Notes: a model not told the origin generated them from the letters alone. Shown: positions 49,616 to 59,910, counted from the first letter of the stretch. The stretch is DNA of 64,000 bases from an uncultured Actinomycetes bacterium (GCA_964631685.1 CAZVZU010000001.1:96001-160000), one strand, 5' to 3'. Made by a program: numbers and translations.

Positions 49616-50415
49616 GTATTAAAGAGACCAGAAAAGCACCAAAAGTATATTTTGTGGGTGCGGGACCTGGAGATCCTGAGCTTTTGACCGTAAAAGCATA
49701 TAATATATTGAAAAAATCCGATGTAGTTTTTTATGCAGGTTCTTTAATTAACCCCGAAATGCTCGAAATATTCAAACGTGATGTTTTACTTGTAGACATG
49801 AAGGGCCTTAATTTTGAGGAAATAAGGGACAAATTTAATAGTGTTATTGAATCAAAGGGTAGTAATATTGTAAGTATACTTCATGCCGGTGACTCCTCTA
49901 TTTATTCATCAATTAACGAGCAGATGGCCTATATCGAACAGATGGGGATAAATTATGAAATTATTCCCGGCGTTACGGCTGCCTTTGCGGCTAGTGCCGC
50001 AAATGGGTCAATAATGACGCTGCCGGACGTGTCGCAGACGGTTATATTGTGCAGGGGTGCTGGGAGAACGGGAGAGATGCCTGAAGGGCAAGACTTAAAA
50101 AGTCTTGCGGCGCACAATGCGACTATGGCTATATATTTAAGCTTCGGAATAATAGAATCCGTGGCTAAAGACCTTCTTGGATGCTATCCTTTAGATACTC
50201 CATGTTTAATAGCTAAGGATGTTTCGCTCAAAAGTGAACTTTTGATAAACTGTTCATTAAAAGACTTAGTTAAAACAACACACGGTTACGCTATAAAAAA
50301 TATGGCGGTGCTGATTATAGGCAAAGCATTAAAAGGAAAATATCACGAAAAGAATAGGTCAAGGTTATATGATAAGAGTTTTTCGCACTCGTTCAGGCTT
50401 AAAAAAGACTGTTAA
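49612..50415 (+). CDS. cbiF: Precorrin-4 C11-methyltransferase (CbiF/CobM)
   Basis: FVGAGPGDPELLT, YAGSL, VSQTVIL, SRLYD..FSH. Confidence 0.94.
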   Translation: MSIKETRKAPKVYFVGAGPGDPELLTVKAYNILKKSDVVFYAGSLINPEMLEIFKRDVLLVDMKGLNFEEIRDKFNSVIESKGSNIVSILHAGDSSIYSSINEQMAYIEQMGINYEIIPGVTAAFAASAANGSIMTLPDVSQTVILCRGAGRTGEMPEGQDLKSLAAHNATMAIYLSFGIIESVAKDLLGCYPLDTPCLIAKDVSLKSELLINCSLKDLVKTTHGYAIKNMAVLIIGKALKGKYHEKNRSRLYDKSFSHSFRLKKDC

Positions 50416-50452
50416 AAAAGTTAGCCTAGTAGAAAATAGAGAGCCTATTGGT

Positions 50453-51748
50453 ATGACTACGAATGTCGCTCTTATCCCATTTTCCAACAACAGCCTATTA
50501 TTGGCATTAATGATTTCCAAGGGCATTTATGAGTCGGCCGGTGTTAATGCCGGTATTGTCAATATAAAGATATTTATTAAAAGATCAAAAAAGGACTTAA
50601 TTCTTGCCGCTAACGAGGGTTTATGTGAAATTTTTAAATATGAATCCGGGATTGAAGATAATTGTTCAATTAGCGTAACTGTTTACGATTATTCATGTAA
50701 TGATTTATTGGGTAACCTGTTTAGCAGATTTGATTTTATAGTATTTTTTTTGGCGATAGGGGCGACGGTAAGGCTTATTGCTCCATATATTAAAGACAAG
50801 CTAACCGATCCGGGTATTGTCGTGATAGATGAACTTGGTAAGTTTGCCATTAGTCTGTTGTCAGGACATATCGGAGGGGGAAACGAGTTTACTAAAAAGG
50901 TCGCTAATTTTTTGGATGCAACGCCGATTATAACGACGGCAACAGATGTTTTGGAGAGATTTTCTATTGATGTGTTCGCTAAGAGATTTGATTTTTTCAT
51001 AGAGGAACCCAAAAAAAAGATAAAGTCGTTCAATAAAGCCTCTTTGAATGGCGAGAGATTTGTTGTTTATGTAAACGATGCCGAGTTGAATTTTAAAAAT
51101 TATTTAAGAGAATTAAAACCTTATATCGCAAGCTATTTAAAGGAAGAAGATTTTACATTCATAACATGCGCGTCAAAATTTAAAGAATACAGAGATAAGC
51201 ATACGAGTAATTTCAAAGGGCAGGGTAGTGTAGCTAGTAGTGGTTCGGATGATTTGTATAAATTTAATTTAATCGTTATTTCCAGGCTACTTAACTTAGA
51301 AGAATTGCGCGGGTTAATCGGGGTCAATTGCGCTATTTTAAGACCGAAGGACCTTGTTATCGGTATAGGTTGCAATAGGAATACCGATTCTAACGAGATA
51401 GACGAGTTTATCTCATCTATATTTTACAAGTACAATTTATCTTTAAATAGTGTGCGGAATATTGCCACTATAGATATTAAAAGCGATGAAAATGGTATTT
51501 TGCAATGCTTGAAGGATTATGCGAGGTTTATAGACTTTTATACAAAAGAAGAAATTAATCTATTCATGGAAGAACATAGTGGCATCAAAGGTGATACACT
51601 TGTAATTTTTAAAAAAACGGCAGCCTATAAGCACACGGGCGCTTACTCTGTTTGTGAGCCCTGCGCCCTTTTATCGGCTAATAACTCGGAGTTTTTAATA
51701 TGCAAGAAAAAGAAGGGAAATGTGACCATGGCGGTAGCGGTCGTATAA
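50453..51748 (+). CDS. cbiG: Cobalt-precorrin-5A hydrolase
   Basis: GATVRLIAP, SLLSGHIGGGN, ITTATD, GIGC, SVCEPCAL; start trimmed to ATG 50453. Confidence 0.92.
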   Translation: MTTNVALIPFSNNSLLLALMISKGIYESAGVNAGIVNIKIFIKRSKKDLILAANEGLCEIFKYESGIEDNCSISVTVYDYSCNDLLGNLFSRFDFIVFFLAIGATVRLIAPYIKDKLTDPGIVVIDELGKFAISLLSGHIGGGNEFTKKVANFLDATPIITTATDVLERFSIDVFAKRFDFFIEEPKKKIKSFNKASLNGERFVVYVNDAELNFKNYLRELKPYIASYLKEEDFTFITCASKFKEYRDKHTSNFKGQGSVASSGSDDLYKFNLIVISRLLNLEELRGLIGVNCAILRPKDLVIGIGCNRNTDSNEIDEFISSIFYKYNLSLNSVRNIATIDIKSDENGILQCLKDYARFIDFYTKEEINLFMEEHSGIKGDTLVIFKKTAAYKHTGAYSVCEPCALLSANNSEFLICKKKKGNVTMAVAVV

Positions 51749-52551
51749 ATAAGGAAGATGTAGCTGAAACAGGGGATACCACTATTTTTGGTAAGATAAC
51801 GGTTATAGGAACAGGGCCGGGGAATATTGACCATTTAAGCAAAAAAGCATTTGAATCAATAAAAAATGCTCAAACGATAATAGGATATTCGTCGTATCTT
51901 AAACGGATAGACGGCATCTTAAACGAAGGTCAGGAAAAATTATTATTTAATATGAAAGATGAGATTAAAAGATGCGGCGTAGCCGTCAATAAATCTATGG
52001 AGGGTAGGGATGTTGCGCTTATTTCCGGCGGGGATGCGGGTATTTACGGCATGAGCGCCCTGCTTTTAGAGATTGTCGACAAAAAATCTCTGATTGGAAA
52101 GATTCCTATTGATTTCATTCCTGGGATACCCGCTTTTTGCGCAGCCGCATGTTCTGTTGGGGCGCCAATAACTAATGACTTTTGCGTGGTCTCTTTATCT
52201 GATCTCTTGACGCCTTGGAAGGATATTGAGAAGAGGTTAGAAGCGGCTTCTTCTGGAGATTTTGTGATAATACTTTATAATCCGAAGAGCGCTAAAAGAA
52301 GGAACGGACTTACGGTTGCAAAGGACATACTGCTTGGCAATATTATCAAAAGCAGGCCTATCGCTATTGTTAAGTCTGTTACAAGGGTTGACGAGGAGAT
52401 TGTCATTACAACATTAGAAGACATGGATAAGTTTGATATCGTGAACATGAATACTACAATTATAATCGGAAACAGTAGTAGTTATGTAAAAGATTTTTTT
52501 ATGATAACGAGAAGGGGTTACAGCAATAAATATGATTTGAGTAAGATTTAA
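51700..52551 (+). CDS. cbiH: Precorrin-3B C17-methyltransferase (CbiH/CobJ)
   Basis: [29 protein letters not shown]. Confidence 0.94.
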   Translation: MQEKEGKCDHGGSGRINKEDVAETGDTTIFGKITVIGTGPGNIDHLSKKAFESIKNAQTIIGYSSYLKRIDGILNEGQEKLLFNMKDEIKRCGVAVNKSMEGRDVALISGGDAGIYGMSALLLEIVDKKSLIGKIPIDFIPGIPAFCAAACSVGAPITNDFCVVSLSDLLTPWKDIEKRLEAASSGDFVIILYNPKSAKRRNGLTVAKDILLGNIIKSRPIAIVKSVTRVDEEIVITTLEDMDKFDIVNMNTTIIIGNSSSYVKDFFMITRRGYSNKYDLSKI

Positions 52552-52559
52552 AAAACATA

Positions 52560-53507
52560 ATGGGAGGGAATATGAGAGTTCTTATTACGGGCGGCGCAGG
52601 TTTTGTTGGTTCCAACCTATGCCAAAGACTGTTGGGCATAGGCCATGAAGTGCTATGTATGGATAATTTTTTTACTGGTTCTAAGGATAATGTTATTGAA
52701 TTTTCAGATAATAAAAACTTTGAGATGATAAGGCATGATATCAGTGAACCCTTTATTATTGAAACAGATTTTATAATAAATTTAGCCTGCCCCGCATCCG
52801 TTCCCTTTTATCAAAAAAATCCTCTTAAAACAATGAAAGATAATGTTTACGGGATATTTAACGTAATGGAAAATGCAAGAAGGCTCAAAATTCCCGTATT
52901 ACACACATCAACGTCGGAGGTTTATGGTTCTCCAAGCGTTCATCCTCAACCGGAAAGTTACAACGGCAATGTTAATCCTATTTCCATAAGATCCTGCTAC
53001 GACGAGGGCAAAAGGGCAGCCGAGACCATAATGTTTGATTATCACAGACAACATGGTGTAGATATAAAGATAATAAGGGTTTTTAATACCTATGGACCAA
53101 GAATGCTTAAAGATGACGGCAGGGTTGTTTCAAACTTTATTGTTCAGGCGTTAATGGGGGAGGACATAACCGTTTACGGAGATGGGGCGCAGACAAGGTC
53201 TTTTTGCTATATTTCAGATTTAATAGATGGTATTATACTTTTTATTAACAGTAAGAACGGGTTTACCGGACCCGTCAATTTAGGCAATAATTTTGAATTT
53301 ACGGTCATAGATTTTGCAAAGTTGGTCATATTACTTACAAATTCAAAGTCAAAGATAAAGTTTATGGAATTGCCAAAAGATGATCCTATTCAGAGAAACC
53401 CTGATTTAACTTTGGCAAAAAAGATTTTAGGATATAATCCTAAGGTTGACATAGAAGAGGGGCTCAAAAAAACAATATCTTATTTTAATGAGATTCTAAA
53501 AAATTAA
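52560..53507 (+). CDS. UDP-glucuronate decarboxylase (UDP-xylose synthase) family SDR
   Basis: [36 protein letters not shown]. Confidence 0.93.
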   Translation: MGGNMRVLITGGAGFVGSNLCQRLLGIGHEVLCMDNFFTGSKDNVIEFSDNKNFEMIRHDISEPFIIETDFIINLACPASVPFYQKNPLKTMKDNVYGIFNVMENARRLKIPVLHTSTSEVYGSPSVHPQPESYNGNVNPISIRSCYDEGKRAAETIMFDYHRQHGVDIKIIRVFNTYGPRMLKDDGRVVSNFIVQALMGEDITVYGDGAQTRSFCYISDLIDGIILFINSKNGFTGPVNLGNNFEFTVIDFAKLVILLTNSKSKIKFMELPKDDPIQRNPDLTLAKKILGYNPKVDIEEGLKKTISYFNEILKN

Positions 53508-53511
53508 ATAT

Positions 53512-53540
53512 TTGACTTATTATATTTTATGCAATACAAT
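53512..53540 (+). promoter_or_regulatory. sigma70 promoter driving the sRNA candidate
   Basis: TTGACT-N17-TACAAT. Confidence 0.7.
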
Positions 53541-53545
53541 ATCAG

Positions 53546-53634
53546 AGAATGAGGTTTTATGTTTTTATCTTAACTCCTCAGCAGCAATGTCCTCCTAACC
53601 TGTCGGATAACAAATTATTTCCGACAGGTTTTTT
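53546..53634 (+). ncRNA. Candidate ~90-nt small RNA with CCUCCU motif
   Basis: Own promoter, 5' hairpin TGAGG..CCTCA, unpaired TCCTCCT, terminator; no meaningful ORF. Confidence 0.55.
53597..53634 (+). terminator. Rho-independent terminator
   Basis: AACCTGTCGGA / TCCGACAGGTT stem followed by a T-run. Confidence 0.88.
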
Positions 53635-53658
53635 GTCCTTAAATTCCCAAGAAAGCTA

Positions 53659-53687
53659 TTGACAGCAGGTCAAATTTCGAGTATACT
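53659..53687 (+). promoter_or_regulatory. sigma70 promoter of tRNA-Asn
   Basis: TTGACA-N17-TATACT. Confidence 0.75.
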
Positions 53688-53741
53688 GCTAAGCATTGAG
53701 AGTTTTGTCCAATAGGATGTATTTTTCGATAATGCCTATAT

Positions 53742-53817
53742 TCCCCGATAGCTCAGTTGGCAGAGCAAGTGGCTGTTAACCACTGGGTCGGCGGTTCGAG
53801 TCCGTCTCGGGGAGCCA
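53742..53817 (+). tRNA. tRNA-Asn(GTT)
   Basis: TCCCCGA/TCGGGGA acceptor stem, anticodon loop CTGTTAA, GGTTCGAGTCC T-arm, CCA end. Confidence 0.97.
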
Positions 53818-54035
53818 ACTTTCTATGTTCAGTGTTCGCTATATTGACACCTGGCCAATATCTTCAGAATCCGCAAGCGTATTTTCCTTTAAAAAAGTTC
53901 TGGTTTTGTTTTAAATATGGAATCGGAAAGTATTCGAATCTAAAGTAATGGGAGTAATAGGTTGGGTTTAATAGACTTAAAACAAGCATCAGCGTAACCA
54001 AAATGGGTTTATCTGAGCATTTATTTTCGCCAAAT

Positions 54036-54694
54036 CTACGCTAATTTAGATATTACTTGTTCATATTCTTTCAACATCTCTTTTATTTCCTTTTTTATAT
54101 CTTAGAATTTAGTTTTTATATTTGCATGTACCATGGCATTTCTTGTATGTGCCATTAAATGAATCAATGTATTTTGCTTAGTTGAAAAGTATTGAGGAAA
54201 TGACTGCTTAAGTGTATTAAATTCACGTTCATTTAAGGGGATAGGTTTACTTTTGGTGCTAGGATTATTATCCCAACCTTGTTTAAATTTGTCATATATA
54301 ATATTATCTTTAAATATAATAAAAAAATAGCCTATTTTATATAAATTTAATGCCATAATATCATTTGAAAAGTTAGTTAAAATAAAACTAATATTTGCTA
54401 AATAAATAATTTCATATACGCCCTTTCTTTTTTCTTGGTGGACTATGTTTAATCATTTCTTTAGCAAAATAGATATGCTTAATCTCATTTGTAGATTGAA
54501 AGTTTTATATAATTAATCCAATAATCATTAAAAGAGGTAGCATATTAAAATACTCTTTTTTTATTGTTAGTGTTATTTTCAAAGTAATATGTAGCCTTAT
54601 CTTTCAACTTTGGCGTTTCTCTGCCTTGAATACCTAAAATGGTCACAACTGCTAATTTTTTACCATCGTTAACTGTTTTAATTTTTAATGCCAT
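54036..54694 (-). pseudogene. Decayed Csx1/Csm6-type (CARF-HEPN) type III ancillary ribonuclease
   Basis: Manual translation across frameshifts and stops: AVVTILGIQG..ATYYF..YFNMLPLL / MIIGLII*NFQ..IKHIYFAKE / YEII.LANISFIL..RNAMVH (HEPN RxxxxH); lies directly after csm5. Confidence 0.75.
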
Positions 54695-54699
54695 TTTTT

Positions 54700-56352
54700 T
54701 CAACAATCATTTAACATCCCAATAATTTTTTGAGTTCTTTTGTAAGCATCTTTTTTCGCTGGCTTGTTCCACGTATTTTCCTTAATCATCTGCTCCTTAA
54801 CATAGCCTACTGCCTCACATTTAAAATTATCCATTAAACCTTCTTTTAACGCTTGAAATACAATTACAGAATTACGAGCATTTTTATCCGGATGAACTTT
54901 CCTTAGGTCTTCAACCTTCAATTCAAACGGGCTCATTTTAGAAAGTTGATCTTGCCTTAATCGCTGAGCTTCCTTTTTGGCTTTTTCTTCAGCCTCTTGC
55001 TCTTGCTGTTTTTTTAGCGCAGCGTTTCTTTTGCTCTCTTTGTCTTGTTGTATTTGATCCTTGATTTTCTTTTGTTTCTCTCTTGTTTTACGCACAAAAT
55101 CTTCTTCATAAGATTTAAATTCACTAAATAGCCTATTATATTCATTATCATCTATAAATTCACATAATAGCCACCCAAACGAATCACCGTTACTTTCTGG
55201 AAATTTCCAAACTGTAGTTTCTTGAGTTAAAATTGCATTTATTGTGAATCTATCTTTCTTTTTAACTAGACATTCTAATTTGGCCGGATCTTCTATGAAG
55301 TGTGTTGCATTTTCAAAATCTATTTTTTCTTTATCGCTTAGTAGTTTTTCATCTGCAAACAAGGATTTGATTTTATTGGGCTCAAAAAAACTTTTTTTAC
55401 GAAGTCTTTCTATCCTTGCATCTGCATTATCATCCTCATTTCCTTTATTTTGGATTTGAGCTAACTTAACCAGTATCTTTCTCAGTCCATCAATAGTTAC
55501 GGCCCTTGCTCCGCTATGCTTACCTACACTAAGTAAGAATTGATTCTTTTGTAGATTGATTCCTTTTTCTTTGTCTTCATAGATTATCTTATAATGACTA
55601 TTACAAGCATCAATTATCTTTTGTTTTGTTATTTTATCATTAAACTCTTGCTTGTTATCATCTAGATAGTCTCTGATACTCAATGTTGTCAAATAGTAAC
55701 TATCTTTTAAATTCACCTCAATCATTGTAGAAATATCTGCATCGCCATCTTCAAATAACTCTTGATTTATTGCAAGTGATATTTCTGAAGTGGCCTTCTG
55801 GGCTAAGGTGTCGGATATCACAAGATTTTTAAACGGCTTTGTGTCTTCGAACTCTTTAAGCTTTAGTTTTCCGCCGGTCTTAAAATACATTTCTTGATAT
55901 GCTGTTGAAATTGATCCTTTTAAGCTGGAACCTGCAATAAATGTCGTAACTTTATTTGCTTCTCTCTGAGTTTTTTGAATTTCAAATTTATTAAATATAC
56001 TGGTATTATTTTTACCCTCAATTTGTACTTTTCTGGCAATATCTCTTTTATATTTATTTTCAAAATAATTTGAAACCCTCACTTTATTTATGGATACATC
56101 TATCGCGTACTCTTTATTTTGTAATATAAAAGCATGTATTTTTTCAAATAATTCATTGCCATAACTACTTTGTAGGTTTGATAATTCTATAAATTTATTT
56201 TTTCCCCCTGAAGGTAAATGTTTCAGGAATAGCGTTTCATCAAATTCGTATAAATATCCGTTGTCTATTACATAATTTGTAGGTTCATAAACCTCACCGG
56301 TACCAATATGCACAGGACTCAGTGTAGTAATTTTTAGCTTATAATTGTTCAT
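54700..56352 (-). CDS. csm5: Type III-A RAMP Csm5 with long C-terminal extension
   Basis: TLSPVHIGTG, IAGSSLKGSI, VGKHSGA, FGW. Confidence 0.9.
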   Translation of the reverse strand: MNNYKLKITTLSPVHIGTGEVYEPTNYVIDNGYLYEFDETLFLKHLPSGGKNKFIELSNLQSSYGNELFEKIHAFILQNKEYAIDVSINKVRVSNYFENKYKRDIARKVQIEGKNNTSIFNKFEIQKTQREANKVTTFIAGSSLKGSISTAYQEMYFKTGGKLKLKEFEDTKPFKNLVISDTLAQKATSEISLAINQELFEDGDADISTMIEVNLKDSYYLTTLSIRDYLDDNKQEFNDKITKQKIIDACNSHYKIIYEDKEKGINLQKNQFLLSVGKHSGARAVTIDGLRKILVKLAQIQNKGNEDDNADARIERLRKKSFFEPNKIKSLFADEKLLSDKEKIDFENATHFIEDPAKLECLVKKKDRFTINAILTQETTVWKFPESNGDSFGWLLCEFIDDNEYNRLFSEFKSYEEDFVRKTREKQKKIKDQIQQDKESKRNAALKKQQEQEAEEKAKKEAQRLRQDQLSKMSPFELKVEDLRKVHPDKNARNSVIVFQALKEGLMDNFKCEAVGYVKEQMIKENTWNKPAKKDAYKRTQKIIGMLNDC

Positions 56353-57230
56353 TAATCAAACTCCTTAATAGGCACTACAATAGAATACCCTTGATGCACT
56401 ACATCTTTATAGGTAGATATATTTTTAATAGCCTTTCCTAAATATTGTATGTTTTGCGTTTCTTGAAATTGTATCACAGCGCCACTATCCGCTAATACTA
56501 TAGGTTTTTTAAATGGATTAGTGCTGACTCTACTTGCTCCAATTTTTCCAAATCTGGTAAATGGTTCATAAAAAATATCCTTACATTGTAAATCATTAGG
56601 GGTAAAAGGGCTTAATGCCATATATGTTGTTGAATTGGTATTTAGATCTATTTTTTCTAATGCGGAAAAGCGGAACCTGCCTTTACCAATAGTTGCATCC
56701 TTGCCATAACCCATTTCTGACACTATCTGTAAAGTGCGTGTCAAATCATCTGTTGTAAAATTATCCCCTATTAAAAAATAAATATCTTTCTTGGAAAAAC
56801 TAAATTCAATTTCACCATATGGATCGAATCCATCGGAACCGGTTGTTGATGTTTTGTAATTGATACTATTTCTAATAACGGTTTCATTTTCATCTTGATT
56901 TACGGCATCCTTATCACTCTTTGCATTATTGAATTGACCGTTGATTAATTGTTCTAAGGTAAGCCATATTTTTTTACGATTTTCTTTTTTTAAAGATATA
57001 TCTTCATTCAAATGGATACTAGGCGCTGTTGGTTTGGGTAGATATCCAACCGCAAAAGGATCAGATACAATCAAAAAAGGATTTGTTTCATAATCACTTA
57101 ATAATGCCTCTAGTTTATCTTTATTTGAGGCAAAAACAATTGCCCAACACATTTGTCCGAATAGAGTATCGCCTTTAAGCGGTGTCGCAAAATTTGATGT
57201 TGGAGTAATTGTGGTTTTGTATAGTCTCAT
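56352..57230 (-). CDS. csm4: Type III-A RAMP Csm4
   Basis: GDTLFGQMCWA, SDPF, GYGKDATIGKGRF; ATG 57230 overlaps the csm3 stop. Confidence 0.92.
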   Translation of the reverse strand: MRLYKTTITPTSNFATPLKGDTLFGQMCWAIVFASNKDKLEALLSDYETNPFLIVSDPFAVGYLPKPTAPSIHLNEDISLKKENRKKIWLTLEQLINGQFNNAKSDKDAVNQDENETVIRNSINYKTSTTGSDGFDPYGEIEFSFSKKDIYFLIGDNFTTDDLTRTLQIVSEMGYGKDATIGKGRFRFSALEKIDLNTNSTTYMALSPFTPNDLQCKDIFYEPFTRFGKIGASRVSTNPFKKPIVLADSGAVIQFQETQNIQYLGKAIKNISTYKDVVHQGYSIVVPIKEFD

Positions 57231-57889
57231 AATTGACCCCAAATTCTATTTATAAACTTAACCCTTCCATAGCCGCGGCTTCCACTTCCGCCTAAGTAGT
57301 CATTTTCTACCAGATTCAATCCATTTTCTACCATATCCCTTAGTTCTTTTTCCGTATCTTCATCTAAAATTTTTACCCTTATATCAAAGTCAAATTTCAC
57401 ACCTGCCGGCACTCTCTCTGTCTGCCTGGGATTTGAAGCCGTTCCTTTTTGCCTGTCTATAACATTTTCATATTTAGCTTCTGAAAGCTTTAAATCATCG
57501 TCTATTGTCTCTTGAGATAAGGTGCAATCACCTACACTAATCCTTGTGATTGGGGTAATTTCATCAAACTTATCATCACTCTTTCCATTTCCAAAAAGTT
57601 TTATAAGCGTTAACGCTTCGTCTCTTTTGATTTTAGTGCTAAAAATTGGATTATTTAAAAGTTTTGAATGAAAAGGACTTCCGTCGCCAATACCAACAAC
57701 ACCTATATGCCATTCCAATAAGCTTCTCATTTTACCCTTAAGAGAACTGCCGGGTATATATGGCTTATCTGTGTTGACGTCTTTAATGACGCCATTGTCT
57801 ATGCCGCCTATTTGCATAGTGTCGTCACCGCCGCCGATGTTTAATCCGCTTAATAATTCTATCTGACCTTTAATATTTACAATTTTCAT
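57227..57889 (-). CDS. csm3: Type III-A backbone RNase Csm3
   Basis: IGGIDNGV (catalytic Asp), PYIPGSSLKGKMRSLLE, YLGGSGSRGYG. Confidence 0.96.
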   Translation of the reverse strand: MKIVNIKGQIELLSGLNIGGGDDTMQIGGIDNGVIKDVNTDKPYIPGSSLKGKMRSLLEWHIGVVGIGDGSPFHSKLLNNPIFSTKIKRDEALTLIKLFGNGKSDDKFDEITPITRISVGDCTLSQETIDDDLKLSEAKYENVIDRQKGTASNPRQTERVPAGVKFDFDIRVKILDEDTEKELRDMVENGLNLVENDYLGGSGSRGYGRVKFINRIWGQL

Positions 57890-58284
57890 CTTGATTGCCT
57901 CCCCTCTAAGCTTTTATGAAATCCAATTACCGCCTCAAAAAATAACTTGAATGTGCTTAAATCATTTTTTTTATCAATTTTATTAATGCAACTGCTCATC
58001 ATATTTACAAATTCTTGATTTATAAGTTTTCCATTTGCAGAATTTCTACTACTGGCATAAGCTACTTTTGAATTGAGCATTTTTACAAATGGTAATACTT
58101 CACCATTAAAGTCATCACTATGTTTTGCTTTATTATTTAAGTCTAATACTTGATTGAAAAATTTTCTTATTTGAGTATTTTGTACGCCACCTTTTCCAAC
58201 GTTAATGCGGTTAGCCCATTTTTCTGCTGTTTTGTTAAGTAGTTCCGGGTCCTTTTTATAGTCTAATTCTATCGTATCCATCAT
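57886..58284 (-). CDS. csm2: Type III-A small subunit Csm2
   Basis: TQIRKFF, KVAYA..R, FFEAVIGFH. Confidence 0.95.
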   Translation of the reverse strand: MMDTIELDYKKDPELLNKTAEKWANRINVGKGGVQNTQIRKFFNQVLDLNNKAKHSDDFNGEVLPFVKMLNSKVAYASSRNSANGKLINQEFVNMMSSCINKIDKKNDLSTFKLFFEAVIGFHKSLEGRQSR

Positions 58285-59813
58285 GACTCTCTCCTTTCAT
58301 ATATAAATTCACTTAAGAACATTTTCGTCTCTTTTGGGTTATTTCCTATCTCTTCATTTAATACCCTAAGCAATTCTTCATACTTTTTGTCCATATTTCT
58401 ATAAAAACTATAACTTAATTTGGACCTCCAGATTGTTGATTCTACATTACCTTCATATTTTACCTTTTTAGACATATCAACTATCTCTAAGAGTCTGTAT
58501 AAAAATGCTGTTTTTATATCAGCGGTTTTTAAGATCTGAAAACTTGTTGACAACTTATCAAAAGTTTTCAGATAAGCTTCCCACTTAACCGTTTCGTTAA
58601 ATAATGTGATTGCATTTTTATCTTTATCGATAAACTTAGCTTGTTTTAATAAATGCTCCGTATAATCCGCTAAATGACTAATAGGATGAGAAGGCTTTAC
58701 CAATGCTATGCCAAAAGATATACTTAATTTTCCTTTTATAAATATTCTAAATGCTTCTTGGATAGTTCTTGAAAGCTTTAGGATATCATTCCAAGCCCCT
58801 ATTAGGAATAGATCATCGCCACCGGCAAATACAGTATATGTGTTTTGATATTTTTTCCGCATAAGTTTCGGAATATACAAAGAAAAGAAGTTATCTAAAG
58901 TTCTTGAAAAAGTATCAAAATTTTCAAAGCTATCCGTGATGTCACTTTCTTGTAAAAATTGCCCCATACTGTCAACATCTGCTTTTAAAACTGCCAATGC
59001 TCTAATACTGTTCTCTGGATTTTCGCAACTATGCTGCGCTAAATATTCAAAAGAAGCAGGTGCATTTTTATCCATCAACACATAAGATCTAAGTTGCTCG
59101 TTTATTGCAATATTTACTTTAAAGTCATCAAAAAAATTTGCTGTATATTTCGTTAATTTATTTCCTGCTAATTTTTCACCTAGCATCACAAATTTGTTAC
59201 ACATACCACAATTATCATCTTTTTTTATAACCTTCCTAAGATTACATATCTTGCATAGATTTTGGTTGTTGATATCCTTATCGTAGTTCAATACAAAACT
59301 TCTTTCATTGACAAGATCGAATTTTTTGAATTTTTTCTTTTCAATTTTTAGCGTAATATTGTTTCTCAATGCCTTATATCTTTTAGAGTTATTAAAATCA
59401 TCTTTCTTGCATTCAATATAAATAATACTAACACCAGTAAGTCCAAAGAAGTTTTTTAAAAAATATTCATCTACTTTTTTTTGAATATTTTTTAAAAAAC
59501 TTGCATCTTTATTGGGGGATATAATTTCAAATTTTCCAGCATTCAGCGATAATATATTATCTTCACCTATAGATAGTTGTTGACAAATATATCTAGCAAG
59601 ATACGAAGTATATATTTGTATAAAGGCGGATTTAGCTCTGATAACCTTACTTGCATTTTTGGTTGACAACCCTTCAAATATAAATTTTTGAATTCCATAG
59701 AAGTCACCACTAATGAATAATATATCATCCGATAGTAATGATGTTATACCTTTTTTTTCTACCTTAGTATGCTCATAGTAAGAAATATCAAAATACTTTT
59801 CATATATATTCAA
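58281..59813 (-). CDS. cas10: Cas10/Csm1 lacking the HD nuclease domain
   Basis: Palm1 SGDFYGIQKFIF starts at about residue 35; CKIC..CGMC zinc finger; KADVDSMG; YTVFAGGDDLF. Confidence 0.93.
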   Translation of the reverse strand: MNIYEKYFDISYYEHTKVEKKGITSLLSDDILFISGDFYGIQKFIFEGLSTKNASKVIRAKSAFIQIYTSYLARYICQQLSIGEDNILSLNAGKFEIISPNKDASFLKNIQKKVDEYFLKNFFGLTGVSIIYIECKKDDFNNSKRYKALRNNITLKIEKKKFKKFDLVNERSFVLNYDKDINNQNLCKICNLRKVIKKDDNCGMCNKFVMLGEKLAGNKLTKYTANFFDDFKVNIAINEQLRSYVLMDKNAPASFEYLAQHSCENPENSIRALAVLKADVDSMGQFLQESDITDSFENFDTFSRTLDNFFSLYIPKLMRKKYQNTYTVFAGGDDLFLIGAWNDILKLSRTIQEAFRIFIKGKLSISFGIALVKPSHPISHLADYTEHLLKQAKFIDKDKNAITLFNETVKWEAYLKTFDKLSTSFQILKTADIKTAFLYRLLEIVDMSKKVKYEGNVESTIWRSKLSYSFYRNMDKKYEELLRVLNEEIGNNPKETKMFLSEFIYERRES

Positions 59814-59910
59814 TTAGGTTTCCTCATTTAGAATGTTAATGTTTCTTATTATTTACCTCTTGAAACTAATTTTCTAATCCAAATGTTTTCTTATTTTACC
59901 GCTTTTGACA

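Noticed and set aside
53757..53948. 63-aa ORF
   Set aside because: Overlaps tRNA-Asn; spurious
54102..54356. 84-aa ORF as a standalone HEPN toxin
   Set aside because: Better explained as the 3' fragment of the Csx1-like pseudogene; no clear RBS
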